Source of the DNA: a virus
Direction: 5' to 3' (one strand)
IMG/VR virus record: IMGVR_UViG_3300031963_012969
DNA: 64,000 nucleotides
This document shows positions 45,842 to 55,794 of the stretch, piece by piece; within the stretch, counting starts at the first letter, position 1; each line of letters starts with the position of its first letter. The notes beneath the pieces were generated by a model. The model worked only from the letters and a program-made list of their open reading frames with translations, did no database searches and was not told the DNA's origin. The translations under genes and the position numbers were made by a program.

Positions 45842-47314
45842 TTAATAAGTATAGTAACCTTTTGAGTTAAATTGTGGACCACCCTTTCTACCCCCAAATG
45901 TGCTTCCTATCGCGCCACCAATCGCACTAGACACAATAGCGCCCATTCCTCCAAATCCCATAACCTTTGACATTATGTATCCAGCAAGCATACCCAAGCC
46001 CATATTCTGCAAAGAACCAACGGAGGCCCTCCCACCAGAAGATTGCATAGCTCTTCTAGCTTGCTGTATTAATATGTTCCTATCTCCCTGGGTTAGGCTA
46101 GGGTCTGCACCTAGAATACTTTGAAGCGCTATCAAATCAACAACTTGATTACCTGTGCCAAAAGCAAGTTTGTTTCTTTCTTGGCTTTTCTGGATTGCGT
46201 ACTCTTGTTTTATAGCTTTTTGTCTGGTTGGGTGCCTACCTAAAACTTTTTTATTATCTTTTGTGTACAGTATGTACTCTCCGTCTTCCTTTTTTATTAC
46301 AGCAATTTTTTCATCCAAGCACTGTTGAGCTTTTTTTGCTCTGTTCAGCAGTTCAAGATAGTTTGGATCTTTAAACATTTTTTCTTGAAACACCATTGGT
46401 TTATTGACGTCCATGTTATCAGACATCAATTTTTTGTTCATCTTAGTCATTATAGGGCTATTTGGGGAACCAAGTAGCTGGAATAATGCTGAACCACCGC
46501 CTCCTATCGCTGCGCCAGTTAGTAAATCTCTAATCATGGATGGAGATTCTTTTCCAAGAGCTTTCTGTCCCAAATTCTTTAGACCCATGGCTGCAGCGCC
46601 TATCCCGGCTGCTACCGGCAATGAACCTATTCCACCAGTAAGTGGATAAGTAAGAGTATCTACACTAGGTAATTTAAACTTAGTAGTTTTTATCTTATCC
46701 CAAATAGACGTATCTATATTGTTAGTTAAACCAGTATTTTGATTAACGTTTTTTATTTCCTTTATTACTCTATTTAAGTCGTAAGATGCTGATTTTTTTT
46801 GTTTTATTGATTTAGATATATTTTTCTCTAGAATAGCGTTAACAAATGTCTTAATATTAGCTTCAGGATGTTTACGAGGGTGCACAGTCCAACTATCCCC
46901 ATTTTCGGAAGACTTTGAAAGTTCAAAAGTCATATTGTTCTTTCCAGTTTGGAAAGTTCCTACAACTTTTGAGGGAGAAGACTTGTGTATCTGAGCCCGT
47001 CCCTTAAATGAGTTTCCACCGACACCAAAGTCACCGGATTCTGTATCTGGCAATCTTGTTGCTGATATTGATCCACCTAATTTCTCGGGCTCTGCTAAGC
47101 GGAAATTAACTGCCCTATTGTTGACTAAGAAAGACAATAACCTATTGCCACTGCCATCTTCAGTAATTGAGAAATCCCACATCTTGGATTTATCATGAGA
47201 TGGAATACCGCTATACACACTCCTAGAACTTTCTCCAGGGGATAACATAAAAGAACCTAACTCCACTGGAGACAGTAGAGACTTTATTTCTTTATCGTCT
47301 ATCAACTGAGCCAT
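45842..47314 (-). CDS. Modular polyprotein with glycine zippers and a small basic module
   Basis: Segments bounded by KSA, KIA and KLA; C-terminal GMLAG...GGAIG zipper. Confidence 0.55.
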   Translation of the reverse strand: MAQLIDDKEIKSLLSPVELGSFMLSPGESSRSVYSGIPSHDKSKMWDFSITEDGSGNRLLSFLVNNRAVNFRLAEPEKLGGSISATRLPDTESGDFGVGGNSFKGRAQIHKSSPSKVVGTFQTGKNNMTFELSKSSENGDSWTVHPRKHPEANIKTFVNAILEKNISKSIKQKKSASYDLNRVIKEIKNVNQNTGLTNNIDTSIWDKIKTTKFKLPSVDTLTYPLTGGIGSLPVAAGIGAAAMGLKNLGQKALGKESPSMIRDLLTGAAIGGGGSALFQLLGSPNSPIMTKMNKKLMSDNMDVNKPMVFQEKMFKDPNYLELLNRAKKAQQCLDEKIAVIKKEDGEYILYTKDNKKVLGRHPTRQKAIKQEYAIQKSQERNKLAFGTGNQVVDLIALQSILGADPSLTQGDRNILIQQARRAMQSSGGRASVGSLQNMGLGMLAGYIMSKVMGFGGMGAIVSSAIGGAIGSTFGGRKGGPQFNSKGYYTY

Positions 47315-47323
47315 ATAAATACT

Positions 47324-48010
47324 CTATTGCTGTCTATTTACTGGTGTACTTTTGAATGTGTCTGCAATTTGCTTTCTTAAGGAATCAAGTGCGGCTCTGC
47401 CCGAATTTGTTATAGAATCTTTATTTTCCGATACATATCTACCTAATAAAGCTCCACCTGCTGCACCGAGCCCAGACGCAATGGGTCCCCCGCCAAATGC
47501 TTTGGGCGCAAAAGCTCCTACCAATCCACCAGCCAACATCGGAGCAACATTGGTTAAAAATTCTGGGCTCTTTAAATAAGACCACGCTTTATCTCCGTAC
47601 TGCTTAGCTCCACCCAATACTTGCTGTATCTTTTCGTTGGCTATATCATTCATGGAAGATCTCATTTTGGGTTCAACAAATGGTCTCCAGAGTGGCGAAG
47701 TTTTGTCAATCACTCCCTGAACCAGTCTGTCTTTAGCTTTACCGATGCTGTCCATTACTCCTTCTTGTGCATCTTTTTTGGGCATCACATAATTTTCTGA
47801 AAGCCACTCTGCACCTTTATCACAAAATGACTCTATTATTCCAAGTGCCATATCACACGAGACATTTGCCTCTTTATGTAGATAATCTACAAAACCCCTA
47901 CAGAGTTGCACTTGAGAATCATTTGACTCAAAATTTAAATCTGTTTTGGCTAGTTTTCCTAACTTTAAAAAAACTTTATCTGTAAATTCTGGAGTAATAC
48001 TAAAAGTCAT
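47324..48010 (-). CDS. Glycine-zipper protein
   Basis: LAGGLVGA...GLGAAGGALLG hairpin; KLA and KEA motifs. Confidence 0.55.
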   Translation of the reverse strand: MTFSITPEFTDKVFLKLGKLAKTDLNFESNDSQVQLCRGFVDYLHKEANVSCDMALGIIESFCDKGAEWLSENYVMPKKDAQEGVMDSIGKAKDRLVQGVIDKTSPLWRPFVEPKMRSSMNDIANEKIQQVLGGAKQYGDKAWSYLKSPEFLTNVAPMLAGGLVGAFAPKAFGGGPIASGLGAAGGALLGRYVSENKDSITNSGRAALDSLRKQIADTFKSTPVNRQQ

Positions 48011-48053
48011 AAGATATATAATGCACTATTTTTGATGTTGTTTCTATAAAAAT

Positions 48054-49787
48054 TTATTGCCCTTGCTGATTTTGTACAATTTGAGGTAATGCTTGATCCA
48101 TTCCAACTGATCTAGCTTGGTTCCTGTACTGATCCATCTTCTTAAGAACCAAAGCATGAAGCGTGTCGTTGTTATTTCTTATAGAAGTGAGCTGTCTCTT
48201 TCTCTCTGTTTCTGGCATCTGGAGCAATTGTTTAGCCATCTCATCCGCTTCTTGGTTTATATCTCCAGGTGTAGATCCACCACCAGAATCTCCAGAAGAT
48301 GGGTCCTCTTCGTTAATAAGTCCCATTTGAGCCATTTGCATTTCCTCTTGCATCTTTCTTGACTGCTCCTCTTCTTTTCTTTGCTCCTCAAGTATTTTTT
48401 TATGTTCTTCGGCTGGATCAGAAATGCCCATGGGGGCCATTGCAGTTTCTTTGCTAAGTATATTTGCAGACATAGCTTGCAATCTCCATGCTTTATTCTC
48501 AATGTCGTCAATTATTCTTACGGATTCAAGTTCACACTCATAGTCTCCACTGCCCATATACGATGACACCTTGGAGACACAATCCTGAGCCAGAAGATTA
48601 AATCCTCTAACTAAACTGGACCAACCTCTCTCAAACACACGCAAACTAATAGGAGCAGCTTGAAGAGTCATTGTGCTTCTATATAGCTCTGGAGGTATGC
48701 CTCTACCATTTAACATTCTATCCTCTTCGTCTTTAATTAAGTCTACTGGAGTAAGTTGTCTTCCTTCGCCTCCTACCGCTTGGTACGTAACCGGAAAAGG
48801 AAAGAAGTTCCAATCTGTTCCATCCTGTCTGTGCCTTACAACTGCGTCTTGCATCTCAGAGACCCAATTTCTCATAAGATTGTTGTAGATGGAATTTCCC
48901 TCTGCGTAATTGCCTTGAGAAGGGCTAATTATTCTAAGTGGGACAATATAATCCATCATTAATACTTCGTTGTATCTTCTTAATACCTGAAGTCTGAAGA
49001 AATTTTTAAAAGACGAAAGTATTGCTGGAAGACCCCAACCACCAAGCCATAAACCAGCCAAATATGGTTCTCTCAAGTGGTGTACATGATTAGACTTAAA
49101 TTTAAACTGTGACTGATTTTTTATTGCTTGTAGAAATGGCAATGGAGTACTTTTTAAGTAAAATTTATCCTGATTTAATACACCAGTTTTAATTTCATTT
49201 GGGATCTCGGTATAATATTCAATATGGTGTGTAAGTCTATTAGCTTTTATGGTAATATGCTTTGGGTTCCATCTAACGAGTTTAATCCCTTTACTATCCT
49301 TCTTTTTGTAGTCCCTCGCAAAATGTTTTGTATCAGAGGAACACTTGCCACAGAATGTAGTAAAAGAGCCATCCTCAGCATTGTATGAAAAATCTACATG
49401 ATCTATATTCACCTCTCTTTTGCACTTTTGGCAAACAAGGACACGAGTAAACGGTAACGATATTGTAGCAAATGAATTTCCGTAGCACATGAAATCATTT
49501 CCAACTGCTTGCAAAGACCCAGACAAATCAAAATCGTTTTTAATTAATTTTTCAAATTTTTTTCTTTCGTCGTCTGCTTGACCCATGAACTTTAAATCAG
49601 TCAAAAAATAATTAACAATTCTTTCACTGGCTTTTCTATATGTTGAATCATTAACATATAGAAATTCGCATAACTCAAGTGCACTGACAATTGTTCTGGG
49701 TGCATAACTAGATGCCAAGTCAATCCATGGGTTCATGAACCCATTATTTGTTCCATTGATCTTCCCACCTATAATATCTATATTCAT
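48054..49787 (-). CDS. Portal protein with zinc-ribbon insert
   Basis: DFMCYGNSF, VRWNPKHI, HHLRE...GWGLPAIL...LRRYNE...IVPLRII, RGIP; CQKC/CGKC insert. Confidence 0.82.
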   Translation of the reverse strand: MNIDIIGGKINGTNNGFMNPWIDLASSYAPRTIVSALELCEFLYVNDSTYRKASERIVNYFLTDLKFMGQADDERKKFEKLIKNDFDLSGSLQAVGNDFMCYGNSFATISLPFTRVLVCQKCKREVNIDHVDFSYNAEDGSFTTFCGKCSSDTKHFARDYKKKDSKGIKLVRWNPKHITIKANRLTHHIEYYTEIPNEIKTGVLNQDKFYLKSTPLPFLQAIKNQSQFKFKSNHVHHLREPYLAGLWLGGWGLPAILSSFKNFFRLQVLRRYNEVLMMDYIVPLRIISPSQGNYAEGNSIYNNLMRNWVSEMQDAVVRHRQDGTDWNFFPFPVTYQAVGGEGRQLTPVDLIKDEEDRMLNGRGIPPELYRSTMTLQAAPISLRVFERGWSSLVRGFNLLAQDCVSKVSSYMGSGDYECELESVRIIDDIENKAWRLQAMSANILSKETAMAPMGISDPAEEHKKILEEQRKEEEQSRKMQEEMQMAQMGLINEEDPSSGDSGGGSTPGDINQEADEMAKQLLQMPETERKRQLTSIRNNNDTLHALVLKKMDQYRNQARSVGMDQALPQIVQNQQGQ

Positions 49788-49793
49788 TTGTAT

Positions 49794-49967
49794 TTATTTT
49801 GTGTTGTCGAGAAATGTTCCAAGCTTAGATTCGCTTTCAATAATCTCTTCAGCTTTTTTAATTAACGTGCTTTCTCCTTTTTCTTTGTTGTCACACTCAA
49901 ATGTAGTAACGCCATTGTCTGTCTCGTGTGGAGTTACGTCTTCTCGCACTATTCCTAATTTATTCAT
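49794..49967 (-). CDS. 57-aa hypothetical protein (not in ORF track)
   Basis: Hand-translated MNKLGIVREDVTP...FLDNTK; fills the gap upstream of the portal. Confidence 0.6.
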   Translation of the reverse strand: MNKLGIVREDVTPHETDNGVTTFECDNKEKGESTLIKKAEEIIESESKLGTFLDNTK

Positions 49968-49968
49968 G

Positions 49969-50229
49969 TCAATTTACTAACCCTAATTGATTAGCTTTTT
50001 CTATTTTTTCTTCTCTATTGGGGTTTTCTTTAGTTGATAATAGAAAGCTTGTTAAATTGTTACTGAAAGTTTGGCTGTCGCCTTCGCTATCTAGATTGGC
50101 CAGACTTGGTTTATCTCTATCTTTAGAGCTAGTGTCTCCAACATTTTCAGCTGTAGATTGACTAGAGCTACTTGATGTTTTTTGCTTTTGGATTTCTTCA
50201 ATCAAATCAACAGGAAAGATAGGATTCAT
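49969..50229 (-). CDS. Hypothetical protein
   Basis: 86-aa ORF in operon. Confidence 0.55.
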   Translation of the reverse strand: MNPIFPVDLIEEIQKQKTSSSSSQSTAENVGDTSSKDRDKPSLANLDSEGDSQTFSNNLTSFLLSTKENPNREEKIEKANQLGLVN

Positions 50230-50257
50230 TTTACAAATAGTTTAATTACTTAAATTA

Positions 50258-50794
50258 CTACGATTCGAGAGTTTCGTCCATAATAAAAAAAATAGACAAA
50301 ATTGAGTCTAAATTCTTTATAGGTATATATAAACCAGATGAATATATTTCATATTTTATATCGTCTATGACTACAAACAATTTTGCTCCTCTCTCTGGTC
50401 TGACCTTGACCCTATCATTTGATGACGTTACGACAGAGATTATACTTTCGTCTATATAGTACTCAATGCAGTCTACAGTTATTTCAGTGTATGGCGTGAT
50501 AAATAACAACTCCTTAGTCTCCACTATTGGCGTTTCTATTGGTTGTGTGATCTGTACTATGTTGTTTTCAAGTATTCGATCAGGTACACCATTTAAATTA
50601 TTTTCTTCTTTCGGTTTTTTGTTTTTTTTCTTGGCCTTAATGGTTGTATTAGGATCTTTGTTTTCAATTAACAACTCAGTTCTAGACATATTTTTCATGT
50701 CAAATATTTCAAACTTATCTATAGCGGTATCATTTCTCTCCGCTAATGTTTGACTTGCTTTTTTTATTACTGTGTAGCCTGGTAGTGATGACAT
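50258..50794 (-). CDS. Hypothetical protein
   Basis: 178-aa ORF in operon. Confidence 0.6.
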   Translation of the reverse strand: MSSLPGYTVIKKASQTLAERNDTAIDKFEIFDMKNMSRTELLIENKDPNTTIKAKKKNKKPKEENNLNGVPDRILENNIVQITQPIETPIVETKELLFITPYTEITVDCIEYYIDESIISVVTSSNDRVKVRPERGAKLFVVIDDIKYEIYSSGLYIPIKNLDSILSIFFIMDETLES

Positions 50795-50801
50795 ATAATA
50801 T

Positions 50802-51095
50802 TTACCAAAAATAAATTTCTACTGAATTAAGCACAGTTGACGGTTTGCTCTTTAGTATGGAGTCCATCTCATTAACTATCTGACTCGATAGTTTTATGCA
50901 AGTATTTTTATATTTTGTTGTATACTGGATGGTTACAGTATTTTGTCCATTTGATATATTTAAATCGCTAGACGCATATGAACCAGTTATCTTAACTGAT
51001 TGGCATGAGCAAAGATACAGACAAACAGAAACTAAAGGAAGCAGACTTAGTCTATTGATATACTTCTTTTTTGTTGCTCTACTTTGTTTTTGCAT
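50802..51095 (-). CDS. Putative lipoprotein
   Basis: Basic N-terminus, hydrophobic core, lipobox-like LCSC. Confidence 0.45.
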   Translation of the reverse strand: MQKQSRATKKKYINRLSLLPLVSVCLYLCSCQSVKITGSYASSDLNISNGQNTVTIQYTTKYKNTCIKLSSQIVNEMDSILKSKPSTVLNSVEIYFW

Positions 51096-51742
51096 ATCTT
51101 GTTTGGTATTTTTATTTCAGATGCGTTACTAAAACATATATCAATAGACATATCATTTATCTTTTTCAATAAAGCAGTCGATGGCAAAAAAATTAAAAAA
51201 GTTTTATCCCACTGTATTCCGTTTGATTCGTCTTGAAATACTCCACCTCTTGTGGACCAAATATCTAGTCCAATAGGTATTATTGTGTGATCTTCGTTGA
51301 TTTTAACCCACTTGAGCTGTTTTTCGCTAGATAAGCTTGTGTCTTTATCGGAAGAGAATACTAGCATTTTAGATATATGTATATCAACTTCATTGAAAAG
51401 AGACATTGACCAATATCTCACCCTTTTCTTTATTTCTAAATAATTTTCTGGATTATTTGAGTTTTCGTTGTTGAATAGATTTTTTTTGTTTCTAGGAATT
51501 GAATTTATAAAGCTTCTAAATACATGCGATCTATTTTTTATCAAAATTGATGAATTTTTTTCTTCTTCTAGTTTTATACCTATTGTTGAAGTAGTCATGC
51601 TTGCATCGTGAATCGTGTCAGGTGAAAAATTATCCCAATAAGTAGTAGTTGTTAATTGTGATGTCACAGCTAAGTCCGAAAGTGGCTGCCATGAAGAAGA
51701 AGGCTGCCATGAAGAAGAATAATTATAGTTATTATTACTCAT
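51047..51742 (-). CDS. Hypothetical protein
   Basis: 231-aa ORF. Confidence 0.6.
   Translation of the reverse strand: MSNNNYNYSSSWQPSSSWQPLSDLAVTSQLTTTTYWDNFSPDTIHDASMTTSTIGIKLEEEKNSSILIKNRSHVFRSFINSIPRNKKNLFNNENSNNPENYLEIKKRVRYWSMSLFNEVDIHISKMLVFSSDKDTSLSSEKQLKWVKINEDHTIIPIGLDIWSTRGGVFQDESNGIQWDKTFLIFLPSTALLKKINDMSIDICFSNASEIKIPNKICKNKVEQQKRSISID
51684..51719 (-). repeat. Perfect 18-bp tandem duplication (SSSWQP x2)
   Basis: ggctgccatgaagaagaa occurs twice. Confidence 0.9.
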
Positions 51743-51769
51743 GCATTTATACCCATTTTTTTTATTTAC

Positions 51770-52705
51770 TTAGAATATTTGTCTACTCTTCATTTCAGAA
51801 AGAATAGCTGCGACACCTATTTGGTCTCTTGATGCATTAATATCATACTTTCCATCGCTTACATATTTACCTGATACCCAAAATTGAGTACCGCTCCATA
51901 AATATGGAGAATTATTATTCTTGTATAAACGATATCCCCAACCATTGTATCTTTCAGCTTGAAACAACATACCAGATATAGACCAGTCAAACCATTTATC
52001 TATCGATTTTATAAATAGTGCATCTCTTGCACTTACATCCCATGCGTATCCGCCTATTGTAGTTGGCTGTCCTTTCGGCCTTCCAGCTGGAACATTCACT
52101 GTTCTAGCGGTAAGCGGGTCTCCATTATGTAAGTGAGTTTTAAAATTAAGTGAAGCCTCTCTGTGGTGTATACATCCGATCCAGTACCAAGGAGCAATAT
52201 CTATTTTTTGATAATTTTCTTTGTTTTTTATTATTTTGTCTACTACTTTAGAAACAGAATCTTTGTCTTTAATTGTTACATCTGAAAACATTTTTTGATA
52301 CTCTTCTTTTATCTTAGAGTAATCATTACTTTTGATTGGAGGAGGAATCTTCATTTTTCTTATGTTTTTTTGAGTTGAACTATGACCCTTGGGGGACATT
52401 CCAAGTGCTGCTGCTGAATCTAATTGACTGTGTATTTTTCTGTATCCATTTTCCCATAAAAAATTAGAAAAGAAAACAGCTAAATCGTAAACTTCTTCCT
52501 CACTCCAGTCAGTAAATAATATATGCAATGACTCGTGAATTAATGTGTCCAAATATTCTTTTGGCGACTGAGTAGGATCTATTTTAATTAATCCATTATC
52601 TTTATACGCTAAACCAAAATATTTTCTTCCATTAGGTTTTTCCAATAGATCAGTGTTTTCCACTATTATTTTATTTGGAAAATTTATTTTTGTTTTTTGT
52701 GGCAT
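51770..52705 (-). CDS. Lysozyme-family endolysin with N-terminal HExxH metallopeptidase-like domain
   Basis: TLIHESLH; C-terminal IHHREASLNF..HLHNGDPL...ERYNGWGY...SPYLWSGT..GKYVSDG. Confidence 0.8.
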   Translation of the reverse strand: MPQKTKINFPNKIIVENTDLLEKPNGRKYFGLAYKDNGLIKIDPTQSPKEYLDTLIHESLHILFTDWSEEEVYDLAVFFSNFLWENGYRKIHSQLDSAAALGMSPKGHSSTQKNIRKMKIPPPIKSNDYSKIKEEYQKMFSDVTIKDKDSVSKVVDKIIKNKENYQKIDIAPWYWIGCIHHREASLNFKTHLHNGDPLTARTVNVPAGRPKGQPTTIGGYAWDVSARDALFIKSIDKWFDWSISGMLFQAERYNGWGYRLYKNNNSPYLWSGTQFWVSGKYVSDGKYDINASRDQIGVAAILSEMKSRQIF

Positions 52706-52707
52706 AA

Positions 52708-55515
52708 TTATGTCTTATTTACCGGACCCCACAAATTAATTGGGCATGATTCGCTTGCTAATCTTAATTTTGCCTGAGTTGAACAACCGCATAATCTGCA
52801 TCTTCCAGTTCCGCCCAGTGCTTGAGAATCCCACTCTTTGCAAGATTTACAAGTCTCAAGCCTTTTTTTGAATTCTTCTGAGTCATCGCTAAGAGTTTCA
52901 AACCCAGACTTTGCCCAACCTATCATACTTTTGCCCAAATTTTTGGCCATGTTAAACACAGTCGGATAATTTGTTTTTTGTATTTTATCGTCTTGTGTAT
53001 CTAAATTGTCTTTATTTATTTGGTATTGTACTTCTTCTATAGGAATTGGTATCTGGTATCTTTCGTCAAGTATAACTCTTTTATTGTAATAATTTAAATC
53101 AACTCCCTTAAGCCAGTAAGGGATTTGAAGTTTTTTATTTGCTTTCTCTATCAAAGCTATATTTTCGTTGTGTAAATTAAAAATATTTGTTGTATCTGGT
53201 CCTTGATAGTTTGAATTACTTTGTTTATCGTTATCTAAATGGTCTTTAAGTTTTTGTATTTTAACTGGTGAATCAAAGAAAGAGTGATCAATAGAAATTG
53301 TCTTTGTACCATTTTCTTCTTCCTTTATTATTGTAAATGGCAAGTAGCTGGCAGTTTTATTTTGATCTACTCCATGAATACTATACTGGGAGGCACTTGG
53401 GTCCCCCAGCATCCCTGGTGTATACTCTTGCCCTAAATGATTTTTAGCCCATTTACATGGAACTGCTGGTAAGTCTATACCGCCTGGTTTAGTGACTACT
53501 GGGTCTGTCCAGGTTCCTTGTGCTGTCTGTGTATTAGGGTTTATAATATAAGGATCCGGCACTGTATAAACCCTGTCTTTTGTTTGACGATATTGAGCTC
53601 CTTCTCCAGGTGCAGGTGATGGATCGCCAAATTTTGCTTCACATTTAGGTCCACAGGAGTACTGCCCACCCCAAAAATAATGATTTGGGCAAAAACAGTC
53701 TGCCGGTAATCCTAGCTCACTACATGTAGTAACTCGCGCATATGTATTGTAACTCTCCACATAAAATCCAGCTGGCTGTGCATTACACCACTGGGAACCT
53801 TTGAATGGATTAATAATAGCACAGTAACTCATGCACCCGCAACCGTCCGCTTGTTTTACTCCAACCCCCTTGGTAAAATTTGGAGGTCCATACCATTTTC
53901 CATTAGATATATAAGGATGATTTTGGCATCTGTTGCATATAGCATTTTGCATTACTAATGAGGTACCGCACCCACTAAGTCCTTGATATACCCCGCAGCA
54001 ACCCGCACGACAATATGCATATAATGTATCTTCAGTTCTTGCATTTTTGAATGGTCCCAAATAACCATTATTACTCCATAATTCTATTAGGGCCCCTAAA
54101 AGCTCATTAAATTGATTTGAGCATATTAATTGCCCGGTTGCAGGAAGATCCGCTAATTGACCGGTGTCGCATTTTCCTTCTGGGTGAGAAAAACCACTAA
54201 CTACGAGTCCAGTGTTAATTACAATATCGTCAAAACTCGAGGGGGTATTAACTGTCTTACCTCTTTTCCTTAAAGTATCAAAACCTAGCCTTTGTTGATA
54301 TCCAGTAACCTTATTTTTCCATGAACACTGGGCACATGCTGTGTGCCATCCATCTGCACATTGCTCGGCTGAAAGATATTGGCAAGCCCTGACAGTTAAA
54401 TCTAAGGTTCTAATTGTGTCCCACATGTAGTTCAATTGAGAGGCCTTTATCGGTTGTGTTACATGGCCATCAAAACCATAGTGTAAATCTATATGTTTTA
54501 TCCTTCTCCTAACCTTTATTGGACCCAATTTCTGGTCTTCATCGCATTTTAATACACTTGTTCCTTGGTCCATTGGATCCCATTCCTCTGTCCAAAAAGC
54601 TTTTGCCGTTTTACCACAACACAAAGTTTCTTGTGTTACATATGTATCAGATTGAAGGGCACATTTTGTTTTTACCCTAAAATGTTCAATAGCTTTATTA
54701 AAATGACTTAAACCAGCATTAGATCTCCACTCAAGCACAATATTACATATACCTGGATGACCAGCCAAAACACTAGGGGACGCTGGGTTATATAATGGTT
54801 GCCAATGCCTATTAATTGGACACGCATCAAAAGCTCCTAAATTATAGTGGTCCTCCAAAACATCTACTACTTGTGATTGATATACTATGTCTTCTTTTCT
54901 GGTGTCACAAACAGGGCTCAATTGAAACGCTGAACACCCATTACATGGATCCTTAAAGACAGCAGCCCATTGACCCATTCCCCTATTTTTTGTAGCATCA
55001 TATTCATATTGTGCTATATTTGTGCATCCACCACACGTTCCGCTATTGCAAGCAGTTCTTGTTTTTTCTAGCCTACCTAATATATCTCCACCAGTTATGA
55101 CGAATGACGCTGAGTCTAAAGACCCGTTGGGGGTTAACCTCAAGCTAATGAACCCATTTATTTTTGCGTTTTTCTCTAATTCCTCCATTCTCCCCCAACA
55201 AGCATCATAGCTAGAATCGTAAAAACCTGAGCACGGCCCATCAATACTTCCCGCTCTTTTTATCCATAGTGGGTTTCCAGGTTCTCGTGCCTGGCCAAAT
55301 GGATATCTTTGCTTTGATATAAGGGGTCCGTCTGCTGCCATGTAACGTCCCTCCCACACCATATTATACCAAAATCTTAACCTTCTTAAATACTTCCAAG
55401 ACACACATTCTTGTTTGCACGCAAAAAATGGAATAGGTATGCCCCCCATTCCGCCCATTGGAGAAACATTACAACCACCTCCAACCCAATCTTTATCATC
55501 AAAGCAAAAAGACAT
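52708..55515 (-). CDS. Large cysteine-rich protein with C-terminal CxxC...CxxCGC...CP..W module
   Basis: About 46 Cys in 935 aa by hand count. Confidence 0.65.
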   Translation of the reverse strand: MSFCFDDKDWVGGGCNVSPMGGMGGIPIPFFACKQECVSWKYLRRLRFWYNMVWEGRYMAADGPLISKQRYPFGQAREPGNPLWIKRAGSIDGPCSGFYDSSYDACWGRMEELEKNAKINGFISLRLTPNGSLDSASFVITGGDILGRLEKTRTACNSGTCGGCTNIAQYEYDATKNRGMGQWAAVFKDPCNGCSAFQLSPVCDTRKEDIVYQSQVVDVLEDHYNLGAFDACPINRHWQPLYNPASPSVLAGHPGICNIVLEWRSNAGLSHFNKAIEHFRVKTKCALQSDTYVTQETLCCGKTAKAFWTEEWDPMDQGTSVLKCDEDQKLGPIKVRRRIKHIDLHYGFDGHVTQPIKASQLNYMWDTIRTLDLTVRACQYLSAEQCADGWHTACAQCSWKNKVTGYQQRLGFDTLRKRGKTVNTPSSFDDIVINTGLVVSGFSHPEGKCDTGQLADLPATGQLICSNQFNELLGALIELWSNNGYLGPFKNARTEDTLYAYCRAGCCGVYQGLSGCGTSLVMQNAICNRCQNHPYISNGKWYGPPNFTKGVGVKQADGCGCMSYCAIINPFKGSQWCNAQPAGFYVESYNTYARVTTCSELGLPADCFCPNHYFWGGQYSCGPKCEAKFGDPSPAPGEGAQYRQTKDRVYTVPDPYIINPNTQTAQGTWTDPVVTKPGGIDLPAVPCKWAKNHLGQEYTPGMLGDPSASQYSIHGVDQNKTASYLPFTIIKEEENGTKTISIDHSFFDSPVKIQKLKDHLDNDKQSNSNYQGPDTTNIFNLHNENIALIEKANKKLQIPYWLKGVDLNYYNKRVILDERYQIPIPIEEVQYQINKDNLDTQDDKIQKTNYPTVFNMAKNLGKSMIGWAKSGFETLSDDSEEFKKRLETCKSCKEWDSQALGGTGRCRLCGCSTQAKLRLASESCPINLWGPVNKT

Positions 55516-55518
55516 GTC

Positions 55519-55794
55519 TTACTTTATTTTTATCAATTTATAACTACCATTAATTTTTACTTCTTTTCCGGTATTCACATCAATAAAGCTTAAGACATCA
55601 TTTTTTATGTCTATTTTTATGGACCCTTTTTTAGGTAGCCAAGTTCTAAAATCTTTTCCGTATTCGTCTAGTTGAACAATATAAGAATAATAATTAATTG
55701 ATATTATCTCTTCTGTAAAATTTTGAGAACATCCACAAAAAGATGAAAACAAAAATAAAATTACAAATAATGGTATTATTTTAAAGCGCTGCAT
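55519..55794 (-). CDS. Putative lipoprotein/secreted protein
   Basis: Signal-like N-terminus ending FCGC. Confidence 0.5.
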   Translation of the reverse strand: MQRFKIIPLFVILFLFSSFCGCSQNFTEEIISINYYSYIVQLDEYGKDFRTWLPKKGSIKIDIKNDVLSFIDVNTGKEVKINGSYKLIKIK

